From Actinomycetes bacterium (lineage in GTDB: Bacteria; Actinomycetota; Acidimicrobiia; Acidimicrobiales; Bog-793): a stretch of DNA of 64,000 nucleotides. The stretch lies in NCBI GenBank assembly GCA_021809425.1, contig JAKBAA010000006.1, positions 1,119 to 65,118 on the forward strand, written 5' to 3'. The notes under the pieces were generated by a model. That model saw only the letters and a program-made list of their open reading frames with translations. It was not told the DNA's origin and ran no database searches. This document shows positions 9,980 to 18,113 of the stretch, in pieces (positions within the stretch are counted from its first letter, which is position 1; each line of letters starts with the position of its first letter). Position numbers and translations under genes: made by a program.

Positions 9980-10804
9980 CTAACCCTTCAACGAGCCCTG
10001 CAAGAGGGCGGTGACGAACTGCCGCTGGAACGCGATGAACAGGATGAGCGTCGGGGCGAGGATCAGGAGCGAGCCGGCGTTCAGGAGCGGGATGTTGGTC
10101 CCCCACTGGCCCTGGAACGCCCCGAGGGCGCCGGCCATGGTGCGGTTCGTCGGGACGTCGACCAGCACGATGGCGAGCAGGAACTGGTTCCAGGTCCACA
10201 CCGACAGCAGGATCCCGAGCGAGGTCAGTGCCGGGCGGGCGAGCGGGACGTGCACCCGCCAGAACAGCTGCCAGGTCGTCGCACCATCCACGCGCGCGGC
10301 CTCCGAGAGCTCGCGGGGCGCGTTGATGAAGTGCGCCCTCATCCAGTAGACGCTGAACGGCATGAACAGGCCGATCAGGGGCAGGATGAGCGCCCACCTC
10401 GTGTCGAGGAGGCCCAGGCCGCGCACCTCGTAGTACAGGGGCACGATGATGCCTTCGAGCGGGAGCGTGAGGCCCAGCAAGAACAGCACGAAGGCGACCT
10501 GGCCGCCACGGACCCGGAGGTGACCGAGGGCGAAGCCGGCGAAGGTCGAGATGAGGAGCGAGATGGGGACGACGCCGAGCAGGATGAGCCCGCTCGACTC
10601 GAGGAGCACGCCCATGTCGGCCGCCCTGAATGCCGAGAGGAAGTTGCCCCACTGCGGGTGTGCCGGCCACGAGATGCCGATGGGGTACGAGCCCGACGGG
10701 AAGAGCGCGCTCGTGAACATGCTGACGAAGGGCAGCAGGGTCACCACCATCAGCACGCCGAGGAGCAGCCAGCCCACGACGACGTTTCGGCGGGCGATGA
10801 TCAC
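9980..10804 (-). CDS. carbohydrate ABC transporter permease
   Basis: EAARVDGA (EAA) motif, WNQF, multiple TM helices. Confidence 0.95.
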   Translation of the reverse strand: MIIARRNVVVGWLLLGVLMVVTLLPFVSMFTSALFPSGSYPIGISWPAHPQWGNFLSAFRAADMGVLLESSGLILLGVVPISLLISTFAGFALGHLRVRGGQVAFVLFLLGLTLPLEGIIVPLYYEVRGLGLLDTRWALILPLIGLFMPFSVYWMRAHFINAPRELSEAARVDGATTWQLFWRVHVPLARPALTSLGILLSVWTWNQFLLAIVLVDVPTNRTMAGALGAFQGQWGTNIPLLNAGSLLILAPTLILFIAFQRQFVTALLQGSLKG

Positions 10805-11775
10805 CGGTCACCGCTTCCGCGCCGGACGTACCACTGGATGGGAAGGATGCAGACGAGGACGAGCACCATGAGGACGACCGCCAGAGCGGAGGCGAGCCCC
10901 ATCTGCCGGTTGTAGAACGCAAGCTGGTAGATCTCGAGCCCGGGGACCATCGTGGCGTTCCCCGGACCTCCCTGGGTCGAGATGTAGACGATGTCGAAGG
11001 CGGAGAGTGCGGCGATCACCGTCACCGTCACGCACACACCGATCTCTTGGCGGATGCTGGGCAGCGTCACCGAGAGGAACTCCCGAAGCGGGCCCGCTCC
11101 GTCGAGCTGCGCCGCCTCGTAGAGCGACGACTCGATCTTCGTCATGCCGGCCAGCAGCAGCACGATGCAGAGGCCGAGCAGCACCCAGGCGCCGATGATG
11201 CCGACCGAGGGCAGCGCCGTGCTGAAGTCACCCAACCAGGAGTGCGCAAGACTGCCGAGACCGACCTTCTGCAGGATCTGGTCCACCGCGCCCGTCGTCG
11301 ACAGCATCCAGTTCCAGGCGATGCCGGCGGCAACGAGAGGGACGACCTGGGGCAGGAAGAGGACGACCCGGGCGACGGCGCTCATCTTGGCGCTCACGAA
11401 CCGCCGCATCGCCGTCGCCACGGCGAGCCCGAGGACGATCGGGATCACGCTGAAGTACAGGATCAGCACGAAGGCGTGGCCGATGACGCCGAGGAGCTGA
11501 CCGTTGGTGAAGACGGTGCGGTAGTTGGAAAGGCCCGCGCCCTGGAGCGTGCTGATCCCGTCCCAGTTGTAGAAGGAATACCGCACGGTCTGCACGATCG
11601 GCCAGAGCACGAAGCCCGCGTAGGCGAGCAGCGCTGGAGCGACGAACGCCCAGTACCGGTTCGGGACACCGCGCCCCTTGCGCGGGCGTGGTGCACCGCG
11701 CTCCTTGTGGGAGCGCGGTGCACCGGCGCCGTGGGGGGCGCCTGACGGTCGCGTCAGGTCGTTCAAAGCGGTCAA
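10801..11775 (-). CDS. carbohydrate ABC transporter permease
   Basis: LYEAAQLDGAG motif, TQGGPG. Confidence 0.95.
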   Translation of the reverse strand: MTALNDLTRPSGAPHGAGAPRSHKERGAPRPRKGRGVPNRYWAFVAPALLAYAGFVLWPIVQTVRYSFYNWDGISTLQGAGLSNYRTVFTNGQLLGVIGHAFVLILYFSVIPIVLGLAVATAMRRFVSAKMSAVARVVLFLPQVVPLVAAGIAWNWMLSTTGAVDQILQKVGLGSLAHSWLGDFSTALPSVGIIGAWVLLGLCIVLLLAGMTKIESSLYEAAQLDGAGPLREFLSVTLPSIRQEIGVCVTVTVIAALSAFDIVYISTQGGPGNATMVPGLEIYQLAFYNRQMGLASALAVVLMVLVLVCILPIQWYVRRGSGDR

Positions 11776-11791
11776 CTCGGGCTCTGGATGC

Positions 11792-13222
11792 TCAGGGAGC
11801 CGAAAGCTCCTGCTGGTAGGCGCTCTGCACCGCCTGGAGCACCCCCGACGGCGTGGTCTGGCCGCCCAGCAGCTTCTGCACCGCAGGGGTGAGACCCTCC
11901 GCGTCGATGGAGCCCGTCGCGTTGGCGATGAAGCCCATCGCGCCGTCGTCGGCCGCCACCACCTTGCCGGCGGCGAGCGTCTGCGCCGTCACCGTGCCGG
12001 GCTTGACCGCCGGGATCGGGAGGCTCGACGGGCCGCCCGGGTTGGAGCCGCCCTCCTTCACGTTGAGCGCCCGAGCTGCCGGGTTCGTCTCGACCCAGTT
12101 CAAGAAGAACGCCGCACAGTTCGCGTGCTTGGCTGCCGCAGGGATGAGGTAGGTCAGCGGTGCCGACATCGCGGCCTGCTTGCCACCGGCCGTGATGGCC
12201 GGGAACAGGAAGAACCCGTACTTCCCCGGGAAGTTGGTGTCGAAGTTGCCCGACTCCCAGTCACCGTCGAAGATGAACACGCCCTGGCCGTGCTCGAAGC
12301 GGCCCATCATGGTGGAGTACGACACCGCATTGGCGTCCGAGTTGAAGTACCCCTTCTTGATCCAGGTGTCGAGGTGCTCGGTCGCGGCGAGGTTGGCCGG
12401 CGTGTTGAAGGTGGCGTGCGGCTGGTCGAAGACCCACTTGTTGATGTTGGCGACCGACCCGTACTGCTTGATGTTGTAGTCCGCCATGAGGTCCTGCAGG
12501 GGGAAGATCAGCCCGCCGTTGCCGGCGCTGTTGAACTGCTCGACGGGGAGCAGGCCCTTGGCCTTCGCCTTGGCGAGGTCGGCGTCCAACTGCGCCAGGG
12601 TCGCCGGCGGCTTGGTCATGCCGATCTTCTTGGCGTAGGCCTTGTTGTAGAACACGCCGGTCATCGAGTAGTTGATCCCCATCGCCCACAGCGGGCCGAT
12701 GCCCTGCGGGCTGCCGCTCGGCGCGACACGCAGCTGGGCGAGGTCCGAGGCGGGGAACTTGCTCCACCCGAACGTCTTGTAGTAGCCGTCCATGTTCTTG
12801 ATGAGGTGGTCCTTGACCAGGCCGGAGATCTGCGGCGCCCGCATCAGGTCAGGCGGGTTGGGGCTCGACATCACGAGCGGCGCGTCCTGGGTGATGACGG
12901 CGAAGGGGTCCTCGCGGATCTTCCACGTCACGTTCGGGTACTGCTTCGTGAACAGCTTGGTGAGATCGACGATGTCCGGGAAGCCGGTCTCGAAATAGCC
13001 CTGCATCGTGACCGGCTTGGTGCCGCAGTTCGCGGCGAAGCTCGCAGCGCCACCGGCGGCCTTCGGCCTTGCTGCAGCGTGACCGGCCGTGCGGTGGGCG
13101 ACCCGAGACCCCGACGCGGGGCCGGCCGCGAGTCCAGCGGCGGCGATGACAGCCAGCGTGGACGAGCACGCCGTCACGGTCCACCGTCGCCTTGTCGTGC
13201 CAACGGATCTCCTCAACTCCAT
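11792..13222 (-). CDS. sugar ABC transporter solute-binding protein
   Basis: AAAGGAGG RBS before ATG 13222; family-1 SBP features (FYNK, FIFDGDW); upstream of two permeases. Confidence 0.9.
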   Translation of the reverse strand: MELRRSVGTTRRRWTVTACSSTLAVIAAAGLAAGPASGSRVAHRTAGHAAARPKAAGGAASFAANCGTKPVTMQGYFETGFPDIVDLTKLFTKQYPNVTWKIREDPFAVITQDAPLVMSSPNPPDLMRAPQISGLVKDHLIKNMDGYYKTFGWSKFPASDLAQLRVAPSGSPQGIGPLWAMGINYSMTGVFYNKAYAKKIGMTKPPATLAQLDADLAKAKAKGLLPVEQFNSAGNGGLIFPLQDLMADYNIKQYGSVANINKWVFDQPHATFNTPANLAATEHLDTWIKKGYFNSDANAVSYSTMMGRFEHGQGVFIFDGDWESGNFDTNFPGKYGFFLFPAITAGGKQAAMSAPLTYLIPAAAKHANCAAFFLNWVETNPAARALNVKEGGSNPGGPSSLPIPAVKPGTVTAQTLAAGKVVAADDGAMGFIANATGSIDAEGLTPAVQKLLGGQTTPSGVLQAVQSAYQQELSAP

Positions 13223-13326
13223 CCTCCTTTGTTGGAGCCATCGTGGGTGATCGCGGCGATCCGAGGCACGCCGGGAGCGGACCAGAAGCCCTCCCCGGTG
13301 CCCGGACACCCCCCCATCCCCCATGT

Positions 13327-13342
13327 GCTAAATCGCATTAGC
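13327..13342. promoter_or_regulatory. LacI-type operator palindrome GCTAAATCGCATTAGC
   Basis: GCTAA/TTAGC arms with central CG, AT-rich, between the divergent SBP and LacI genes. Confidence 0.75.
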
Positions 13343-13434
13343 GGCGGTCTTGATGATGCAGCTTCGACCAGTCGTCGTCAAGATGGAGCCCTCACCCGGC
13401 CGTCCGGCCGTGGCGGCCGCGTATGCTCACTGCC

Positions 13435-14571
13435 ATGCCGGCACCGCCTTCGAACGGACCCCGCCGGCCGCGCCGTCGCTCTACGACCGAGGAGGAGGGC
13501 TCCGGCGCCGCAGCGAAGCCGAACCGGCGGACGACCCTTGCCGACGTCGCTCGACGCGCAGGGGTCTCCCAGACGACCGCCTCGTTCGTCCTGAGCGGGC
13601 GCCGAGAGGAGATGCGGATCTCGGCACAGATCGAGGCGAAGGTTCTGGAGGCCGTCGCGGAGACCGGCTACCGCCCGAACGTCGTCTCCCGCAGCCTGCG
13701 CACGGGCTCGTCGCACACGATCGGCTTCGTCTCCGACACCGTCGCCACCACCCCGTTCGCCGGTCACCTCATCTGGGGGGCGCTCGACGCAGCGCGCGAG
13801 CGTGACCGGCTCTTGCTCATCGCAGAGACCGAGGGTGACGCGGAGCTCGAGACGCAGATGATCGAGACGATGCGCGACCGGCAGGTGGAGGGCATCGTTC
13901 TCGCGTCGATGTACACGCGCCGGACGAACGTCCCCGCCGCCCTCCTCGACGGACCCGGCGTGCTGCTCAACATCGTGCCGACGAGAGCGTGCGCGGTACC
14001 GGTCGTCATCCCCGACGAGGCGGAGGCGGGGCGGACCGCAGCACGCCACCTGCTCGAGGCCGGCTACCGGGAGGGCATCTACCTCGTCGGCGTGGGCGTC
14101 AACCCGCCGAAGACGCCGAGGGGCGCCGTAGCCGCCTCCGAGCGGCTCCTCGGGATCATCGAGGAGCTGGCCGCCGCCGGCGTCACACCGGCGGGAGGCG
14201 CCTACGTCAAGGACTGGCAACCCAAGGGTGGCTACGAGGCGACGAAGGAGCTTCTCCGACGCCGGCACCAGCCGAAGGCGCTCATCTGCTTCAACGACCG
14301 ACTGTCCATGGGGGCGTTCCAGGCGCTGGAGGACGCAGCCCTGATGGTCGCCCGAGACGTATCGGTGATCTCCTTCGACGACGAGCCCGTCGCCTCGTGG
14401 CTCCGGCCGGCCCTGACGAGCATCGCCCTCCCCCACTACGAGCTCGGTCGTCAGGCCATCGAGCTGCTGCTGGCGCCGGGAAGCGAGGCGCCGGGCGGCG
14501 TGCACCGGGTCCCCATGCCGCTGCGCCTGCGCGAGTCGGTCGGTCGGGTCGAGCGGACGGCGACGGGATAG
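13435..14571 (+). CDS. LacI family transcriptional regulator
   Basis: TTLADVARRAGVSQTTASFVLSG HTH and sugar-binding domain. TATGCT -10 box 7 nt before ATG 13435 suggests a leaderless start. Confidence 0.95.
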   Translation: MPAPPSNGPRRPRRRSTTEEEGSGAAAKPNRRTTLADVARRAGVSQTTASFVLSGRREEMRISAQIEAKVLEAVAETGYRPNVVSRSLRTGSSHTIGFVSDTVATTPFAGHLIWGALDAARERDRLLLIAETEGDAELETQMIETMRDRQVEGIVLASMYTRRTNVPAALLDGPGVLLNIVPTRACAVPVVIPDEAEAGRTAARHLLEAGYREGIYLVGVGVNPPKTPRGAVAASERLLGIIEELAAAGVTPAGGAYVKDWQPKGGYEATKELLRRRHQPKALICFNDRLSMGAFQALEDAALMVARDVSVISFDDEPVASWLRPALTSIALPHYELGRQAIELLLAPGSEAPGGVHRVPMPLRLRESVGRVERTATG

Positions 14572-14591
14572 CGAAGGGGCCTCTCCGAGGG

Positions 14592-14628
14592 GTGGACCCA
14601 GTCGCGCTCGTCCTTCGGGTCGCCGTCG
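14592..14628 (-). pseudogene. 37-bp remnant of the 3' end of a DUF5615-type PIN toxin gene
   Basis: 34/37 identical to 17063..17099; translates DGDPKDERDWVH versus DGDPKDELDWVH. Confidence 0.7.
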
Positions 14629-14728
14629 CCCAGCGCCCGCTGAACAGGCGTTTTGCTCGGCTGATCGTGAGCCATCCACCTCGTCCAAACACGTCTGATG
14701 TTTGTCTGACGTCGAGGAGGATGGCGTC

Positions 14729-15190
14729 GTGCCCACCACCGAGCAGTTCACCTTCAGGGACCTGCTTCGCGAGCCGAAGCGGGTGTCGGAGGCCGTCGAT
14801 CGCGAGCGCCGACTCCTCATCCACCGCCGCGGTGCCCCCGACCTCGTCGTGACCCGAGCCGACCTGTTCGAGGACGAGCTCGCAGGCGCCAGCGGCCTCG
14901 GCCGTCTGCTCCGCAACCTCCTCGCCCACGTTCCCTCGAGCGAGGTCGGCGAGATCGTGGCCGACGCCCTTCCCTGGACGCGCTTTCTCAGCGAGGAAGG
15001 ACGCACCAAGCTCGCCGCCGAGCTCGGCGCAACGCTCGATGCCTGCGCCGAGCTCGAGACCTTCGTCGCCCTCGGTCAGCTCCTCGCGGAGTGGAAGGCC
15101 ACCGCGGCGGTGCAAGCCGACCCAGAGCTTCGCGCGCGCCTCGCCACGCCCGTCGAGGCCGTCGACGGCCGTAGCGTCCCTGCCTCGTGA
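14729..15190 (+). CDS. probable Phd-like antitoxin of an actinobacterial TA pair (start 14729 GTG or 14702 TTG)
   Basis: N-terminal F.DLLREPKRV...LLIHRRGAPDLVV; C-terminal PWTRFLS...EWKATAAV.ADPEL, as I recall for actinobacterial prevent-host-death/DUF6247-like proteins. GAGGAGG upstream. Confidence 0.65.
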   Translation: MPTTEQFTFRDLLREPKRVSEAVDRERRLLIHRRGAPDLVVTRADLFEDELAGASGLGRLLRNLLAHVPSSEVGEIVADALPWTRFLSEEGRTKLAAELGATLDACAELETFVALGQLLAEWKATAAVQADPELRARLATPVEAVDGRSVPAS

Positions 15191-15272
15191 CCCTTCGCTC
15201 ACCGCAGCGCCGAGGACAGCGGGTCGCGCCCCCTGCGGCCGGTAGCGAGTGGGAGCTTCGCTTCGCAACCCA
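15187..15272 (+). pseudogene. truncated 5' fragment of the cognate toxin gene
   Basis: GTGA overlap with the antitoxin stop. RRGQRVAPPAAGSEWELRFAT resembles the N-terminus of the usual partner protein, then similarity stops. Confidence 0.5.
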
Positions 15273-15319
15273 GTTGTCGCCGACCCTGGCACCGCACCGC
15301 TGGCGCCCACGATCGGAAG

Positions 15320-15813
15320 GCGGTCCTGCGGTGCACAAGGAAGCTCCTCGACGTGATCCACGCCGAGCGACTGGCAACGCCTCGGCTCGACGGCGAGAAC
15401 TGGTACGCGAACCTTCTCGTCCTCGACCGGCGCAAGTGCCTCCTGCTCACCCACCCCAGCACCTTGTTCACGGTCTTCGAGCCCGACGTCCGGGCGGCGG
15501 CCCATGCGAGCGACCCCACGACCTCGTGGTCCAACTCGCCGAGCGCGAGCTGCTCCACGAGGCCCTCTCCCTCGACGTCTTCGGCGAGCTTCGGGCCGAA
15601 CCACTGTCGCTCGCCAAGACCGCCGACCGCAGGGTGCTGGGGTGCATGAACGACATGGCCATCCACTGCGAAGTAGCCGCCGCGAGAGCCGGGAGCTTGT
15701 CCGCGGACAACGTCCGCGCTCTCAACAACGACTTGCGCCGGAACATCAACAGCGCCCGGGACGATGGGCGTCCGATCGACCTGGTGGCGGCGCGTACCGT
15801 CGCCTCGCCGTGA
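15320..15813 (+). pseudogene. DUF6933-like gene, frameshifted near 15500 and lacking a clear start
   Basis: Frame A reads VLRCTRKLLDVI...NWYANLLVLDRRKCLLLTH...DVRAA. It continues in frame B as LAERELLHEAL...LAKTADRRVLGCMND. Confidence 0.65.
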
Positions 15814-15965
15814 GTGTCCGACGCCACCTGGGGCCTTCCGTGCGTACTCGAAGCCATGGCTTCGGGCCCTCATCGAGGCCCATGGGCGGCGGCGCACACG
15901 CGACGGCTCGTGCGACTCGAACCCCACGTTCCATCTGGCTTCTTGGCCAGCCACGTTCCCTGATG

Positions 15966-15998
15966 TTGTGGGAGTTCAACTCGGTGTCGGAGGGGGGA
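15966..15998. repeat. att-like direct repeat, copy 1 (tRNA-Leu 3' end plus flank)
   Basis: ttgtgggagttcaactcggtgtcggagggggga matches 18095..18127 at 32/33. Confidence 0.9.
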
Positions 15999-16080
15999 TT
16001 GTTCCACCTACGACACGCGCGACAACGCTCGTCTTGGCGCCCCGAACAGGGCGTTCGCGCGCACATCACCGTGCCGCTGG

Positions 16081-16452
16081 TTAGCGAGCAACGACCCTCC
16101 AGCGTTCCGCTATCGCGCGCGCGTCGATGGCGCCGCGTGCGACATCGACGACGAGGTCGAATGCCTCGTCGTCGCGCAGCGCGACCTCGCAGCCGTTGAG
16201 ATCGAGGAACACGACGACCGCCAGCCATGCGAGTCGCTTGTTCCCATCGACGAGCGCGTGATTACGGGCGAGCGAGTGGAGGAGCGCGGCCGCCTTCAGA
16301 TCGATCGTGGCGTACACGTCCTCGCCAAAGGCGCTTGCCCTCGGTCTCGCCAACGCCGACTCGAGCAGACCCACGTCTCGAACCGGGCCGACCCCGAGCA
16401 CCCGAACCATGCCGAGGAGGTCCTCGAGGTCGAGGTGCTCGGTCTGCCTCAC
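16081..16452 (-). CDS. Doc/Fic family toxin
   Basis: HALVDGNKRLA Fic motif; RDVGLLESALARP. Confidence 0.92.
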   Translation of the reverse strand: MRQTEHLDLEDLLGMVRVLGVGPVRDVGLLESALARPRASAFGEDVYATIDLKAAALLHSLARNHALVDGNKRLAWLAVVVFLDLNGCEVALRDDEAFDLVVDVARGAIDARAIAERWRVVAR

Positions 16453-16655
16453 TCCCGCCCGAGACGCTCGAGCACGTCGCCCCAGCGCTCGGCAAGTCGC
16501 TGCGTGCCCTCGGCGACACGGCGTCGATGGACCATGCGTTCGTAGCGCTCCACGACCGAGCGTCGGATCACCTCTTGGCGGGAGACCCCTTCGAGCTCGA
16601 CGAGCCCATCGAGCGCCTCTTCCATCTGGTCATCCGTCCGCACCGTCAGCGCCAC
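16449..16655 (-). CDS. CopG/RHH antitoxin
   Basis: MALTVR beta strand followed by GVSRQEVIRR helix; GTGA-coupled to the doc gene. Confidence 0.88.
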   Translation of the reverse strand: MALTVRTDDQMEEALDGLVELEGVSRQEVIRRSVVERYERMVHRRRVAEGTQRLAERWGDVLERLGRE

Positions 16656-16662
16656 GCAAGAA

Positions 16663-16681
16663 TGATACCACCGTGGTATCA
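16663..16681. promoter_or_regulatory. TA autoregulatory operator overlapping a leaderless -10 box
   Basis: Perfect palindrome TGATACCAC-C-GTGGTATCA. Minus strand reads TATCAT-6nt-GTG. Confidence 0.75.
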
Positions 16682-17050
16682 GCCGCGATCCCTCGCGGTG
16701 CTTCGCGCCAGGGCCAACGCCCGATGCTGGATCCTGCGAACCGGGCGGTGTGAGATGACAGCGGCGCCTACACCACCACCATGGTGCTCGCCATCGGCCC
16801 GCTCCTGCCGGCCGGGCGCCTCGGTGGCTCGGTCGGGCAAACGGACGGGGGATCCCGCCTACTCAACTACCTCGACGGGTCGTATCCGCTCCCCGCCGGC
16901 GAGCCGTCGCGCGGTGCTCGTGGGGCGCGAGCGGCTGCACGGTGGCGACTACCGGGATGGCGAGGCGTCTGAGGGCGGAGCGAGGCGGAGATTGCAGGGA
17001 CCTACCGGAAGGCCTTGAGGCGGCGCCGAGGATTGAGGCAAGGCGCGCGC

Positions 17051-17410
17051 TCAGGAGAGCCAGTGGACCCAGTCGAGCTCGTCCTTGGGATCGCCGTCGA
17101 GCAGGGCCTGCAAGGCAGCGACGAGGTTCGCCGGGTAGGCGGCACTCCCCCGGTGGAACCGCCGCGGCGAGGTGAACACGACCCCGGCGTGATGCTCGCC
17201 TGCCGCAGCCCAGGCACGGACGATCCGGTCGAAGTCCGCCACGTTCTCCGTCACGACCGCCCGCCCCTCCCTCGTCGCAGCGCGCAGCAGGTCGTCATCG
17301 GCGAGGGAGGCGAGCACCGGGTCGCCCGAGGCCGCCACGACGTCGTGGCCAGCGCCACACAGCCGCTCGGCGGCAAGGCGGGAGTGGTGGACGTCGAGCA
17401 GCAGCCTCAC
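17051..17410 (-). CDS. DUF5615 PIN-like toxin (VapC45-like)
   Basis: MRLLLDVH...GHDVV...DDDLL..A..EGRAVVTENVADF...HAGVV. Confidence 0.88.
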   Translation of the reverse strand: MRLLLDVHHSRLAAERLCGAGHDVVAASGDPVLASLADDDLLRAATREGRAVVTENVADFDRIVRAWAAAGEHHAGVVFTSPRRFHRGSAAYPANLVAALQALLDGDPKDELDWVHWLS

Positions 17411-17832
17411 CCCGCCAGCAGGTCCTGCTGGCGGCGCCAGAGCGACTCGGCCTCCTCCGCTGCCCGCCGGTTCGCCTGGAGCTCCGCGTCGATCTCGTCG
17501 GTGAACTCGGCGTAGTAGGCGAGCGCCGCCTCCACCTGCTCCCGGCGCAGCCCGAACAGCTCGACGGCCCGCTCGACGCGCTCAGCCGGCGCCACGTCGC
17601 CGCCGACGACACCGCCGATGACCTCCCAGACGTCGGGGCCGCCGACCAGGCAGGCCCGGCGCCCTGCCGGGCCGTCCCGGAAGCCGACGAGTGGATGGCG
17701 CCGCACCCGCAGCCCCTCGTCGATCAGCTCCTCGGCGAGCGCCGAGGTCGAGGTTCCCCGCGTGCCTGCCTCCGCCTTGAGGCGCTCGGCGATGCTCGCC
17801 TCCCGGAACCGGACCGAGATGGGATGCGTCAT
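17407..17832 (-). CDS. RHH + DUF433-like antitoxin (VapB45-like)
   Basis: ATG at 17832; SVRF RHH strand, HPLVGFRDGPAGRRA, GPDVWEVI, QVEAALAYYAEFTDEID. Confidence 0.85.
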   Translation of the reverse strand: MTHPISVRFREASIAERLKAEAGTRGTSTSALAEELIDEGLRVRRHPLVGFRDGPAGRRACLVGGPDVWEVIGGVVGGDVAPAERVERAVELFGLRREQVEAALAYYAEFTDEIDAELQANRRAAEEAESLWRRQQDLLAG

Positions 17833-17847
17833 GACTACAGCGTAGTC
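17833..17847. promoter_or_regulatory. operator palindrome over a leaderless -10 box
   Basis: GACTAC-AGC-GTAGTC. Minus strand reads TACGCT-6nt-ATG. Confidence 0.6.
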
Positions 17848-18113
17848 GTAAGGTCGTTCGTGAGGTCGATCCCGTCTCGGGAGGCGTGCCGGGAGGTCGA
17901 TCCGGAATCGGGAGCCGATCCGGGAGGCCGATGTGGTCGCGCCATCACGCCTCGCCCCCGCCGAGGAACCTCCCGATCGCACCGGCCGCGCACGCAACCC
18001 TTCCCAAGCACCACGGCATGGCTTGCGAGCGGTGTCCCTAGCGACGTGAACCCCCACACGCTCCACAGCCGATTGACCAGGTCTTTCGGCGAGCTTGTGG
18101 GGGTTCAACTCGG

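Noticed and set aside
9006-10922. Apparent long N-terminal extensions or fusions in the ORF track (GH, tpiA, pgk, GGDEF, uvrB, fabH, ABC1, SGNH)
   Set aside because: The extensions are out-of-frame read-through of upstream genes. True starts were reassigned using RBS, stop overlap and motif position.
14783-14792. ggtgtcggag matching the att core
   Set aside because: Only a short match inside the antitoxin coding frame (RVSE), with no flanking arm similarity.
15966-16020. Second tRNA gene at repeat copy 1
   Set aside because: Only the 3' acceptor and T-stem strand is present, with no D or anticodon arm. It is an att-type fragment.
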